The notes beneath the pieces were generated by a model that was not told where the DNA came from, searched no databases, and worked only from the letters and a program-made list of their open reading frames with translations. Both the position numbers and the translations under genes were made by a program. A stretch of 64,000 bases of DNA from a virus. The stretch lies in IMG/VR virus record IMGVR_UViG_3300025598_000023, positions 32,001 through 96,000 of that record. One strand, written 5' to 3'. Numbering within the stretch: position 1 is the stretch's first letter; each line of letters opens with the position of its first letter. Shown piece by piece: positions 1-10,400 of the stretch.

Positions 1-3000
1 AATCGTGACAATAGCGGGTATGACCATCATCCACACAGTTATGGTATGTGGTTTGTGCCACCTGACATTGGTGTAAAAGTTCTTTGCACATTTGCTAATG
101 GTAATCCATTTGATGGTTACTGGTTTGGTTGTATTCCTGAATGGCCTAATATGTATAATATGCCTGGTTTGGCTGGTGCATTAGATGGTTCAATACCAGC
201 ACCAGTAACAAATGGTTATACAGATAATTTAACACCTGGCACATTGTCTAATATTGGTCCACTCAAGGACCAAAATGGTAATAATATTCGTATAGCTCAT
301 GATTATCAAAAAAAGATATGGGATAAGCAAAATCTAACCAATGACCCAGATCGTGGACCTGGTACAAGCAGTGCGTTCCGTGAAACACCAAGCAGTGTTT
401 TTGGTATTTCTACGCCAGGTCAACCTATAAACCCCAATGATCCACAGTTTTTTACAAATAAAAATGGTGACCAAGAGTATGGCGTAAGTGGTCGCAAAGG
501 CGGTCATACACTGGTTATGGACGATGGTGATGCAAACGTCAAAAACGCAATGTTTAGATTGCGTAGTGCCAATGGTCATATGATTTTGATGAATGACACT
601 AAAGATTTCATTTACATTATCAATAGTAAAGGCACAGCTTGGGTAGAAATTAATGCTGCTGGCGATATCAATGTTTATGCGCAAAGCAATCTTAATATTG
701 AAGCTAAAGGTGGTATGCAATTAGAAACACAAGGCGCACTTAAACTACATGGTAAGACTGTAGATATCGTAAGTGATGGCGCTTTTAACATGCAAGGCAC
801 AGATATTAATATTTTAGGCAGTGGCAGCACAAAAGTTACAGGCAAATCATCGCTGCATCTAAAAGGCATGAATACATATCTTACTGGAGATAGTTGTATT
901 CAAATTAAAAGTGATGGTCACATTGACCTTAAAGGCGCATGTCACACAATTAATACAGCAGATGCTAATAAAGCCACCGAAGCAAGCGGCGCATCACAGC
1001 CAAGCAATATGCCAACTGCTGAACCTTGGACTGGTCATAATAGTCCAACTGCACCCACAAGTCAACCAGCATACGGTCAACAACAAGGTTTACCACCATC
1101 AAATGGTTCAAATAGTACAAGTGCAGGTCAATTTGGTGCTGCTAATAATTTCGGTAGTAGCAATGTTCAACAAAGCTATGGTCCAATGACTAATAATATA
1201 CCGCCTGTAACATATTCAAATTATGGTTATAACTCTGCAGGTGCTGGCAGCATTGCTGGCAGTTACACTGATTTAAATTCTACACCAGGCACAAGTTATC
1301 TTGTAAGTGGTGCTATTGCAGGTGCAGTAGCAGGCATTGTTTTTGGAAGTGGAGCTAGCTTTGATGTATCAGATATATCAACAGGCAGCAGCAATCCAAA
1401 ATATAGCACTGGTGAGGCACAAAATAATCCTGGTAATTTACCTTATAACAATAGTGATTCTTATGCAGTTGGTTTTGCTAATGGTCTAGCAGTTTACACT
1501 AAACCTGAATCAGGTATTGCAGCGTTGGCTAAACTTTTCCAAGGTTACAATACAAGTACATCAGTGACTTGTATTGATTTAATAACTAAGTTCTTAAACG
1601 CACAAAGTAGCAGTGATCCAAATGTAATTAATATGACACGTTATATGCAAACAAATTTAGGTATCAACAGCAAAGACCATGTTGCATTAACTGATCCAAC
1701 TACGCTACTTGGTTGGGTATCTACTGTAATAAAATATGTGCAAGGACGCCTTATCTATACATATGACCAAATTGTTAGTGGTTGTGCGATAAGTCTGAAT
1801 GAAAGTAATACTACATTCTTGAATGGTTTACAACCTATTACACAGCCTTGGCAAAACAATGGCGGCACTAACCAGTATAGTGGATTTGTTAATCCAGCAA
1901 CTACACCTAGTGTGGCAAATAAAGGCAGTAGTCCACTGCAACAAATTGCAAATCGTGTAATTACTAATCTTGTAGGTGGTGCAGCATTTGGTGTTGGAAA
2001 TGCTATTGGTCAAGCTCTAAATGGTCAACAGCAAACTGGGGGCGGCAGTTATGGATTTGTTGATTCACCAGTTAATAATATAGGAACAACTGCTGGTCAG
2101 ACTGCTTATACTAATTATTTGGGACAAAGTGTAGGCAGTGGTCAGTGCGTAGCACTTGTTCAAGCCGCAAGCGGAGTTGGTAATACAAGCACTTGGGTGC
2201 CAGGTAATAGCGTTCTAAATGGCACTACACAACCTGGAACAGTTATTGCTTGTGGATTTACTGGACCAGGCGGAACCTATGCTAACCAAAGCGGCGAATC
2301 GCATGCTGCTATTTTTTTAGGTTATCAGTATGATACAAATGGTAATATAAGCGGTATTCGTGTTCAAGACCAATGGGCTGGTCAGCCTTGTGGAACACGC
2401 ACTATAAGTATAGATCAAGCAAAAGCAGAAGGTGCACAAAACTTTAGCGAAGTTACACATGATGGCAGCACAGCAATTCAAGCTGCTGGCTCACCACAAG
2501 TAGTAACACAAAATCAAATTGATCAGATTAATGGTAACTCACCAACTTATAGTTCACAGTCACAAAATGTAAGTGGCAGTAGTCCAACAAGCGAATCAAA
2601 CGCTTATAATTATGATAACACTGGTTATCGTGATTTGAGCGCAACAGGCACAACTGGTCCAGTGCCACTACCACCAAGTAATCCTTCGGTTATAAGTGCT
2701 AACAGTCCTACTGCAAGTAACGGCACAATTGCTTATAATGGTGGTGCTACTGCAAGCGACAACGTGGCTGCAAGTGTTCCAAATTATCCAGTTACACCAC
2801 AAGGTGCTAATCCAGCAGATATTGCTGGTGGTGGTTTTGGTGCACCAAGCAGTGGCAGCGGCGGCGTAGCATATCAACAGATTACATCACTGCAAGGGTT
2901 GCAACGAGTTTATGATCCTACAACTGACAGTTACAATTTTATTGGTAAAACAAGCAATGGTTCTACTGTAAGTATAAGCCAATCAACAGTAGATCAGCTT

Positions 3001-3618
3001 ACAATACAAGGTCAAGATAAAGCAAGTCTCAATGAAATTGGTGTTGATGGACTTTATCAAATACAACAAAATAATGCAGCGGCTACAAGTTCAACTGATT
3101 ATAGTGGCGTTGTAAATCAAGGTGTCAGTTCTACACCTACCCCAAGCACTGATTATGTTCCACTTGATACAGGTATTGCGGCACAACAACATAATTATGC
3201 AAATGACACCAGTTATCTATATGACACCACTGCTCGTCGTGATCCAATTAGTAGTCCAGATGCTGCTGCATATGGTGACAAGTATAGCGCAACTGTTGTA
3301 AATGCTCCAACCAATACGCCTACAAATATAGCAGCAAATCCTGGTGATATTGCATCTGGAGGATACGGCACAGGTGATAATCAAAGTTCAACTGGCAGTG
3401 TAGTTGGCACAAAATCACCATCAACCAATACTGCACAAGCTACATCAAACCCTGGTGATTTAGCTGGCGGAGGTTTTGGAAGTGGCAGCAGTGGCGGCAC
3501 AACATCGGTTGCACCTATTACTGGTAATCAACCAGCGCCAGCAACGGGTGGTCAAACTGGTGCACAAAGCACACCAAGCGGCAGTGCATCTACTGGTGCT
3601 GCAGGTAAGAGTTGTTAA
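1..3618 (+). CDS. gp5/VgrG-like baseplate hub-spike protein (5' end outside window) with lysozyme-like and Tae2/BPSL0067-like amidase domains
   Basis: Frame open from base 1 (..HSYGMWFVPPDIGVKVLCTFANG..YWFGC, gp5 OB-fold-like); GHTLVMDD..LRSANGHMILMND..WVEI followed by beta-helix-like repeats; NNPGNL motif ~1420; GQCVALVQ..HAAIFLG..VQDQW ~2140-2376; sits before gp25/gp6-like genes. Confidence 0.8.
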   Translation, partial: NRDNSGYDHHPHSYGMWFVPPDIGVKVLCTFANGNPFDGYWFGCIPEWPNMYNMPGLAGALDGSIPAPVTNGYTDNLTPGTLSNIGPLKDQNGNNIRIAHDYQKKIWDKQNLTNDPDRGPGTSSAFRETPSSVFGISTPGQPINPNDPQFFTNKNGDQEYGVSGRKGGHTLVMDDGDANVKNAMFRLRSANGHMILMNDTKDFIYIINSKGTAWVEINAAGDINVYAQSNLNIEAKGGMQLETQGALKLHGKTVDIVSDGAFNMQGTDINILGSGSTKVTGKSSLHLKGMNTYLTGDSCIQIKSDGHIDLKGACHTINTADANKATEASGASQPSNMPTAEPWTGHNSPTAPTSQPAYGQQQGLPPSNGSNSTSAGQFGAANNFGSSNVQQSYGPMTNNIPPVTYSNYGYNSAGAGSIAGSYTDLNSTPGTSYLVSGAIAGAVAGIVFGSGASFDVSDISTGSSNPKYSTGEAQNNPGNLPYNNSDSYAVGFANGLAVYTKPESGIAALAKLFQGYNTSTSVTCIDLITKFLNAQSSSDPNVINMTRYMQTNLGINSKDHVALTDPTTLLGWVSTVIKYVQGRLIYTYDQIVSGCAISLNESNTTFLNGLQPITQPWQNNGGTNQYSGFVNPATTPSVANKGSSPLQQIANRVITNLVGGAAFGVGNAIGQALNGQQQTGGGSYGFVDSPVNNIGTTAGQTAYTNYLGQSVGSGQCVALVQAASGVGNTSTWVPGNSVLNGTTQPGTVIACGFTGPGGTYANQSGESHAAIFLGYQYDTNGNISGIRVQDQWAGQPCGTRTISIDQAKAEGAQNFSEVTHDGSTAIQAAGSPQVVTQNQIDQINGNSPTYSSQSQNVSGSSPTSESNAYNYDNTGYRDLSATGTTGPVPLPPSNPSVISANSPTASNGTIAYNGGATASDNVAASVPNYPVTPQGANPADIAGGGFGAPSSGSGGVAYQQITSLQGLQRVYDPTTDSYNFIGKTSNGSTVSISQSTVDQLTIQGQDKASLNEIGVDGLYQIQQNNAAATSSTDYSGVVNQGVSSTPTPSTDYVPLDTGIAAQQHNYANDTSYLYDTTARRDPISSPDAAAYGDKYSATVVNAPTNTPTNIAANPGDIASGGYGTGDNQSSTGSVVGTKSPSTNTAQATSNPGDLAGGGFGSGSSGGTTSVAPITGNQPAPATGGQTGAQSTPSGSASTGAAGKSC

Positions 3619-3621
3619 ATA
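3616..3621 (+). promoter_or_regulatory. TAAATA late-promoter-like motif
   Basis: TAAATA 5 nt before ATG 3627; motif recurs before virion genes and resembles T4 late TATAAATA. Confidence 0.55.
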
Positions 3622-3626
3622 CTGAC

Positions 3627-4013
3627 ATGGCATTGTATAAAGGTTATAGCAGCGTAAATCGTGATTTTGGACCGTTTAATATCACTGACAATGATTTAAT
3701 CGTTCAAGACCTATTGAACTATCTTAGTATTCGCAAAGGTGAAAAACTTCATAACCCAAATTTTGGCACAATTATTTGGAATAGGTTGTTTGATCCACTT
3801 ACGCCAGCACTAAAAAGTGAAATCAAGCAAGATATTGATCGTATCATTGCTTATGACCCACGCTTTAGTGTAGTAACACAAACTATAGTGCAAGAAAGTC
3901 CAGATGGTCAAGGATTAATTTTAAATTTTAGTTTGCGTTTTGCAACTGACAACAAGATTGCAGACCTTAATGTTTTATTCAATAAAACCAGTAATCAATT
4001 ATATGTGTTGTAA
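3627..4013 (+). CDS. gp25-like baseplate wedge subunit
   Basis: DLIVQDLLNYLSIRKGEKLHNPNFGTIIWNRLFDPLT..DPR is the GPW_gp25 pattern; start moved to ATG 3627. Confidence 0.85.
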   Translation: MALYKGYSSVNRDFGPFNITDNDLIVQDLLNYLSIRKGEKLHNPNFGTIIWNRLFDPLTPALKSEIKQDIDRIIAYDPRFSVVTQTIVQESPDGQGLILNFSLRFATDNKIADLNVLFNKTSNQLYVL

Positions 4014-4038
4014 TAATAGTCGCATATTATTTTACAAA

Positions 4039-4044
4039 TAAATA
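4039..4044 (+). promoter_or_regulatory. TAAATA late-promoter-like motif
   Basis: Intergenic ATAAATA followed by GAGG SD and ATG 4060. Confidence 0.6.
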
Positions 4045-4059
4045 CATTGAGGTTTTATA

Positions 4060-7000
4060 ATGGCAACTAATACTCGTCAAACCAACATTTTTGCGGCTGA
4101 AGACTGGAAAAAAATCTACACAACATTCAGTAACGCAGACTTTCAATCTTATGACTTTGAAACGCTACGCAAAGTTATGGTTGACTATATCAAAACCTAT
4201 TATGCAGAAGATTTCAATGACTTCATTGAAAGCAGCGAATATGTTGCACTATTAGATTTAATTGCATTTATGGGTCAAAGTGTTGCGTTCCGCACAGACC
4301 TTAATGCTCGTGAAAACTTTCTTGACACAGCAGAACGCCGTGATAGCGTCCTGAAACTAGTAAAACAATTAAATTATGTGCCTAACCGTAATGTTGCTGC
4401 AAGTGGTGTTTTAAAAATTAATAGTCTTAACACAACTGAAAATATTTTTGACATCAATGGTGCTAATTTAAGTCGTGTTACAGTAAATTGGAATGACGCA
4501 AATAATGCAAGTTGGGTTAGTCAGTTTACTCAAATATTAAACGCGGCAATTACAAAATCAACAAAAGTTGGTCAGCCATATGCAAGCAAAACAATCAATG
4601 GTATTAGAACAGAACAATACAATATTGCTATACCAAATACAATTTTGCCTATCTTTAATTTTTCTACAACAATTAATGATGTTGCAACTGATTTTGAAAT
4701 TGTAAGTGCAAACATTCTTAATACTGATACTATTACAGAATATGATCCTGGCAGTCGTGGTCAATTTGGTATTCTGTATCAAAACGATAGTCGTGGCAAT
4801 GCTAGTGCCAATACTGGATTTTTCCTATACTTCAAACAAGGTACACTAAACAGCACAGATTTTATTATTACAGAAAAAGTTGCTAATCGTGTATTTCCAA
4901 TTAATACAGCAAATATCAACAATAGTGATATTTGGATGTATGAAATTACAAATGGAACAATTGGTACACGTTGGACACAAGTTCCTGCAACCAGTAGTAG
5001 CAGTGCAATTTATAATAGTGTAGCACGTGGTGTTCGCACACTGTATAGTGTAGATACACGCATCAATGACCAAATTGATTTAATCTTTGGTGATGGCACA
5101 TTCAGTGATATTCCACTTGGCACTTATCGCACATATTATCGTGTAAGCAATGGCTTAACATATCGTATTACGCCAAGCGATATGAGCAGCATTACTGCTG
5201 CAATTCCATATATTGATAACACTGGCAAACCGCAAACTCTTACAATTAATGCAAGTTTACAATATACAGTAAGTAACAGTTCACGCCGTGATTTAACTAA
5301 CGAAATTAAACTTAAAGCACCACAGGCTTATTATAGTCAAAATCGTATGGTTAATGGTGAAGATTATAATACTTTCCCATACACAAGTTATAGTGACATT
5401 GTTAAAGTAAAAAGTGTAAATCGTTATGCAAGTGGTGTAAGTCGTGGTCTAGATATTACTGATCCAACTGGCAAATATACTTCAACTGATTTATATGGAC
5501 GTGATGGTGTTATCTATGAAGATGTTTTTGACCAAGCGTTTAATTTTACTTACACAAGTCGTAATGATGTAATCAATGTAATTGATACAAGAATATTACC
5601 AATTATTCAAGATTATCCAATGCGTCAATTTTATTTTGAAAATTATACACCATTGGATTTTACTACACTGCAACCAACTGTTTGGTCACGCAGCACTGAT
5701 GATACTACTACATCTACTGGATTCTTTTTAGATGCAAACAACACAGGAAATGGTCCACAACAAATTTCAACATCAACAACAAGTTATCGCAAATACTTGC
5801 AAGTAAACAGTTTGATTAAGTTTGTAGCACCAACAGGTCAATATTTTGATGCAACTAATACTCTTATTACTGGCACACCTACACTTACTAGTGATAGAAC
5901 TTATATCTGGGCAAGTATTCAAAGTATTACTGGAACTGGTGCTAGCAGTGTGCTTGTGGCTGGCCGCAATATTGGTGCAGTAACGCTAAGCGAAAGTATT
6001 CCAAGTAACGCAATTGTTAGCCAAGTATATGTGCCATTTGCTACTACTTTCCAATATACAACTACAAATACATTGGTAAGTTATATACTAAACAAAACTG
6101 AATTTGCTCTGATTTATGATTATACTAAAACTGCTGGTGTAAACGACCCTTGGACCATTATTCCAATTTCAAGTGTTAATACTATGAATGACTTTGATTT
6201 GGCTACACAATATTCTACAAGTGATACCAGTTGGTTAATACGTTTTAATACTGATGGTCAAAAATACACAGTAACATATCGCCAATTAAATTATGTTTTT
6301 GGTAGTGGTGGTCAAGTTAGTTTTATAAGCACTAACCCTACTCCTGTTTATGATGCAGCAACAAATACTCTTGTTCGTGATAATATCAGATTAACAACTG
6401 TAAACAGTAATATTACTAAAGATGTAAACATGAGTGTTTATAAAAATTATATTACTAGCGATGGCTATACTGATAGTAGTAGAATTTATGTAACTTATCC
6501 TACTAGTGCTACAAGTGGATTACCTACTGACCCAAACATTTTTACTGAATCTGCAAGTGCAAATCCTAATTACGTATTCTTTAAGTTATACACAGATAGC
6601 GACAATTTATTGCGTTGGCAGTTAGTTCCAGTTGGTGGAGTAGTATCAATTTACGCAACACTTGCAGATATTAATTATGTTCGCAATAATTTTCCATCTG
6701 GCACTGTATTTTATGCAACAACTGATGATACATTTTATCAAACCCAATCAACAAACGGCGTTATAAGTGTTGTAAGTGCAGATGGTTATTGGGAAGTTTA
6801 TTATGGACGCCAAGATTTAGTATTTGAGTACCAACACAATGCAGAAAATACTCGTCGCCTTGATCCTGCTGCCACCAATCTTATTGATACTTACATCCTT
6901 ACACGAAGCTATGATGAAAGTTATCGTAACTACGTTTATGACAATACTGGAACGGTTGCGAAACCCACTGACTTAGACAGTGTTCAGTTAAACAGTAGTT

Positions 7001-7452
7001 ATAGTGGATTGTTTAATTATAAAATGCTTAGTGATGAAATGGTTTTGAACGCTGGTGTTTATAAATTATTATTTGGTTCTAAGTCTGAATTACAATTACA
7101 AGCAAACTTCCAAGTAGTAAAAAATTCTTCAACTACACTAAGTGACACTGAAATTAAAACACGTGTGATTGATGCAATCAACACTTATTTTAGTTTAGAT
7201 AATTGGGATTTTGGTGATACTTTCTATTTTAGCGAATTGGCAGCATACCTACATCAACAGTTAAGCAGTTATATCAGTAGTATTATTTTAGTTCCTATTG
7301 ATACAAATAGTTATTTTGGTAGTCTTTATGAAATTCGTTGTCAACCAAATGAAATCTTTTTAAGTGCAGCAACTGTTGATAACGTGCAAATTGTTCAAAG
7401 TGTATTAAGCGGTATTAATACTGCTGGCGTAAATCTGTATACAGGATATTAA
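4060..7452 (+). CDS. gp6-like baseplate wedge subunit
   Basis: DFQSYDFETLRK..FNDFIESSEY..ENFLDTAERRDSVLKL..Y.P; FGDG.F; QNRMVNGEDY; C-terminal WDFGDTFYFSEL. Confidence 0.85.
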   Translation: MATNTRQTNIFAAEDWKKIYTTFSNADFQSYDFETLRKVMVDYIKTYYAEDFNDFIESSEYVALLDLIAFMGQSVAFRTDLNARENFLDTAERRDSVLKLVKQLNYVPNRNVAASGVLKINSLNTTENIFDINGANLSRVTVNWNDANNASWVSQFTQILNAAITKSTKVGQPYASKTINGIRTEQYNIAIPNTILPIFNFSTTINDVATDFEIVSANILNTDTITEYDPGSRGQFGILYQNDSRGNASANTGFFLYFKQGTLNSTDFIITEKVANRVFPINTANINNSDIWMYEITNGTIGTRWTQVPATSSSSAIYNSVARGVRTLYSVDTRINDQIDLIFGDGTFSDIPLGTYRTYYRVSNGLTYRITPSDMSSITAAIPYIDNTGKPQTLTINASLQYTVSNSSRRDLTNEIKLKAPQAYYSQNRMVNGEDYNTFPYTSYSDIVKVKSVNRYASGVSRGLDITDPTGKYTSTDLYGRDGVIYEDVFDQAFNFTYTSRNDVINVIDTRILPIIQDYPMRQFYFENYTPLDFTTLQPTVWSRSTDDTTTSTGFFLDANNTGNGPQQISTSTTSYRKYLQVNSLIKFVAPTGQYFDATNTLITGTPTLTSDRTYIWASIQSITGTGASSVLVAGRNIGAVTLSESIPSNAIVSQVYVPFATTFQYTTTNTLVSYILNKTEFALIYDYTKTAGVNDPWTIIPISSVNTMNDFDLATQYSTSDTSWLIRFNTDGQKYTVTYRQLNYVFGSGGQVSFISTNPTPVYDAATNTLVRDNIRLTTVNSNITKDVNMSVYKNYITSDGYTDSSRIYVTYPTSATSGLPTDPNIFTESASANPNYVFFKLYTDSDNLLRWQLVPVGGVVSIYATLADINYVRNNFPSGTVFYATTDDTFYQTQSTNGVISVVSADGYWEVYYGRQDLVFEYQHNAENTRRLDPAATNLIDTYILTRSYDESYRNYVYDNTGTVAKPTDLDSVQLNSSYSGLFNYKMLSDEMVLNAGVYKLLFGSKSELQLQANFQVVKNSSTTLSDTEIKTRVIDAINTYFSLDNWDFGDTFYFSELAAYLHQQLSSYISSIILVPIDTNSYFGSLYEIRCQPNEIFLSAATVDNVQIVQSVLSGINTAGVNLYTGY

Positions 7453-7455
7453 TAA

Positions 7456-10400
7456 ATGGCAAAACGTAAAAGTGAAAACTTTTTACCACAAGTTTTTAGA
7501 ACTTTAGGAAATAAGCGTTTCTTAAATGCCACAATGGACCCACTTATTCAGGAACCAAGCCTGAAAAAGATGTATGGTTATATTGGTCAACAAGACCAAA
7601 GTCCTGTGTATAGTACAAGTGATTATTATATAAACGAGAATGACAGCTATAGTCAATTCTACCAACTTGAACCAGGCGTAGTAATTAAGAAACGTCAGTT
7701 AGGCACAAACACATACAAAGTTAGTAATGTTTATAACTATGTGGATTTATTAAATCAAATTTCTGCTGATGGTGGTCTTAATAATAATCATGACCGTCTT
7801 TTTACAAATCGTTATTATAGTTATAACGGATTTGTAGACCTTGATAAACTTACAAACTATCGTCAATATTATTGGGTGCCTGGCGGTCCTATGCCTGTTG
7901 ATGTTACTGCTGATTTAACACCAACACAAAAAGATTTTTATTTTCATCGTGTAAGTTATGTTGCTAACAATCAAACTGAATTACAAAGTGCTGCACTTGG
8001 TGAAACTGGTTATAGTGTTGATGGATACAACAATGTTGTTAATCCAACTATCACTCTGGTTCGTGGTGGCAGTTATAATTTTTATGTAAATCAAACAACA
8101 CAATTTTGGATTCAAACAGAAATTGAAACAAGTGGTACAAGCACTGTCCAAAGTAATATTTCTACTCGTGATGTTCTTGGTGTATCAAATAATGGAACTG
8201 AAAGTGGTATTGTTACTTTTACTGTTCCACTAAGCACTGCACAGGATTATCTAATAAATTATCCTACTTTGGGACAAACTGTAGATATTATCGTTGATGA
8301 TATTACTTACGAAGAGCTACAAGGCGTTAACTATGATAACTTTGTTTTACAATACAGTTTAGATGGTGTGCGTAGTTTTGATGGCAAATATGTAGTCTTG
8401 ACAAGTAATACAGGCTGGGCGGATGTTGACTCTAGCCAATGGCACGGTGTTTGGCGCATTAATGTCGATCCAGTAACACGATTAATGAATTTAACTTACA
8501 TTGCTGCTTGGGATAACCTTTATAAAGTATTTGTGAATCAAGGTGATGTGTATGGTCACGTTTATGCTTATAAAAACAACGTTGGTGTAGTCACTAAGTT
8601 TCCAACTCTTAGCGCAGCACAAAATGTGCTTTATTATGTTGATGCAGAAAATCAACTAGTTTATGGAACTATACGTTTAGTTGACCCTACACCAAATAGT
8701 TTGCTTAATGTAAATGACATTATAGGTAAAACAAATTACACAAGCCCAAATGGTGTGCAATTTACAACAGGACTAAAAGTTAAATTTACTGGTCTTGTTG
8801 TGCCAAGTGAGTATCAAGGCAATGAATATATTGTAGAAGGTGTTGGCAGTAGTATTAAACTTGTCAAATACAGTGATTTGGTAACACCAGAAACTATTAA
8901 TACTAATTTGGGAAGTAGTTTTGGTAATAGTCGAGGTTTTGATGCTGATGGCACTGGATTTGATGGAACCACTAATAGTCCAGAAATTAAAGATTATATC
9001 ACAATTAATCGTGCAAGCGTAGACGGAAATAGTTGGAGTCGCAACAATCGTTGGTTCCATCGTGATGTGCTACAAGCAGCAGCAAATTACAACAACACAA
9101 ACTATGCATTTGATAGCAATCAACAAGCAAAGCGTCCAATTGTAGAATTTTTACCAAACCTTAAACTTTATAATTATGGTCAAAATTATCGTGGTTATAT
9201 TACTTGTTTTGATAATGTAACAACAAGTGCCTTTTCGCAAATTGAAGGTGTCAATAGTTATGCTGTGCCTAAAGGCACATATGATAGTAAAAACAATAGA
9301 TTCGTTTATAACAGTGATGGTATACAACTATTAAATGGTGTAACAGTTGTTTTTATTAATGATATTGATCCAACTGTTCGTGCTACTCTATATCAAGTTC
9401 AAAATAACAAAACTCGCACTGCTGCAACATATAATCCTATTACTATAGGTTATTCAGGTGCAGATTCAACTCAACTTTTTATTAATGAATTAGGCAATAT
9501 TACTTTGGGTCAACATGTTACTGGCACTGGTATTGCTCAAAATACTACTGTTTTAAATGTTGATACCGTTAATAATGTTGTTACAATCAGTAATCCTATC
9601 ACAAGCGAAATACCAATTGGTCAAACAATTTATTTTGATAATAGTTTTGACCAAATTCATCTGGTTCCAATTAAAACATTTAGCGATGGTGATACTGTTG
9701 TTGCTATGGAAGGTGTTAATAATCAAGGCAATATGTATTATTACGCAAATGGCACTTGGACACTTGCACAAATTCGCAATAGTCGTCCACAGGCTCCGCT
9801 ATTTGATATCGTGGATGCAAACAGTATAAGTTTAAGTGACCAAACAGCTTATCCAAGCAGTAATTTTACTGGTAGCCAATTATTTGGATATGCAGTCAAT
9901 TTAACTCCAAATGCAAAACGTGATAGTGAATTGGGTTTTGCTCTTGTTTATAAAAGTATAGGTAATTTGGGAGATATTGTATTCCAAAATTACTATGCAA
10001 CCGACACATTTGATTATAATTTAAATCAAATTGACACTGTAAAAAATGTAAACACAGGCTATGCTGCTGTAATTAATAGTTATAATAATTATAGTTTTGC
10101 TAATGGTTGGTTCCGTGTTAGCGATAAAACAAAACAATACATCACCAAAACTTATAATGCTACAGTTATACAACTTAATAATTTTGATTTGGGTGTTGTT
10201 TATAACAATAGCTACTATGAAAACAATATCTTTGTTTATGTTAATGGTGTTTTGCAATCACGTGACAAATATACGCTACAAACAAGTTCTATAACAAGTG
10301 TTGTTAAATTTACAAATGATGTAGTGATAGGTGATCGCATATTTGTTAAAATATATGGCACAAGTGCACAGTATAAGCAAACTTACACTATGCCTCGCAA

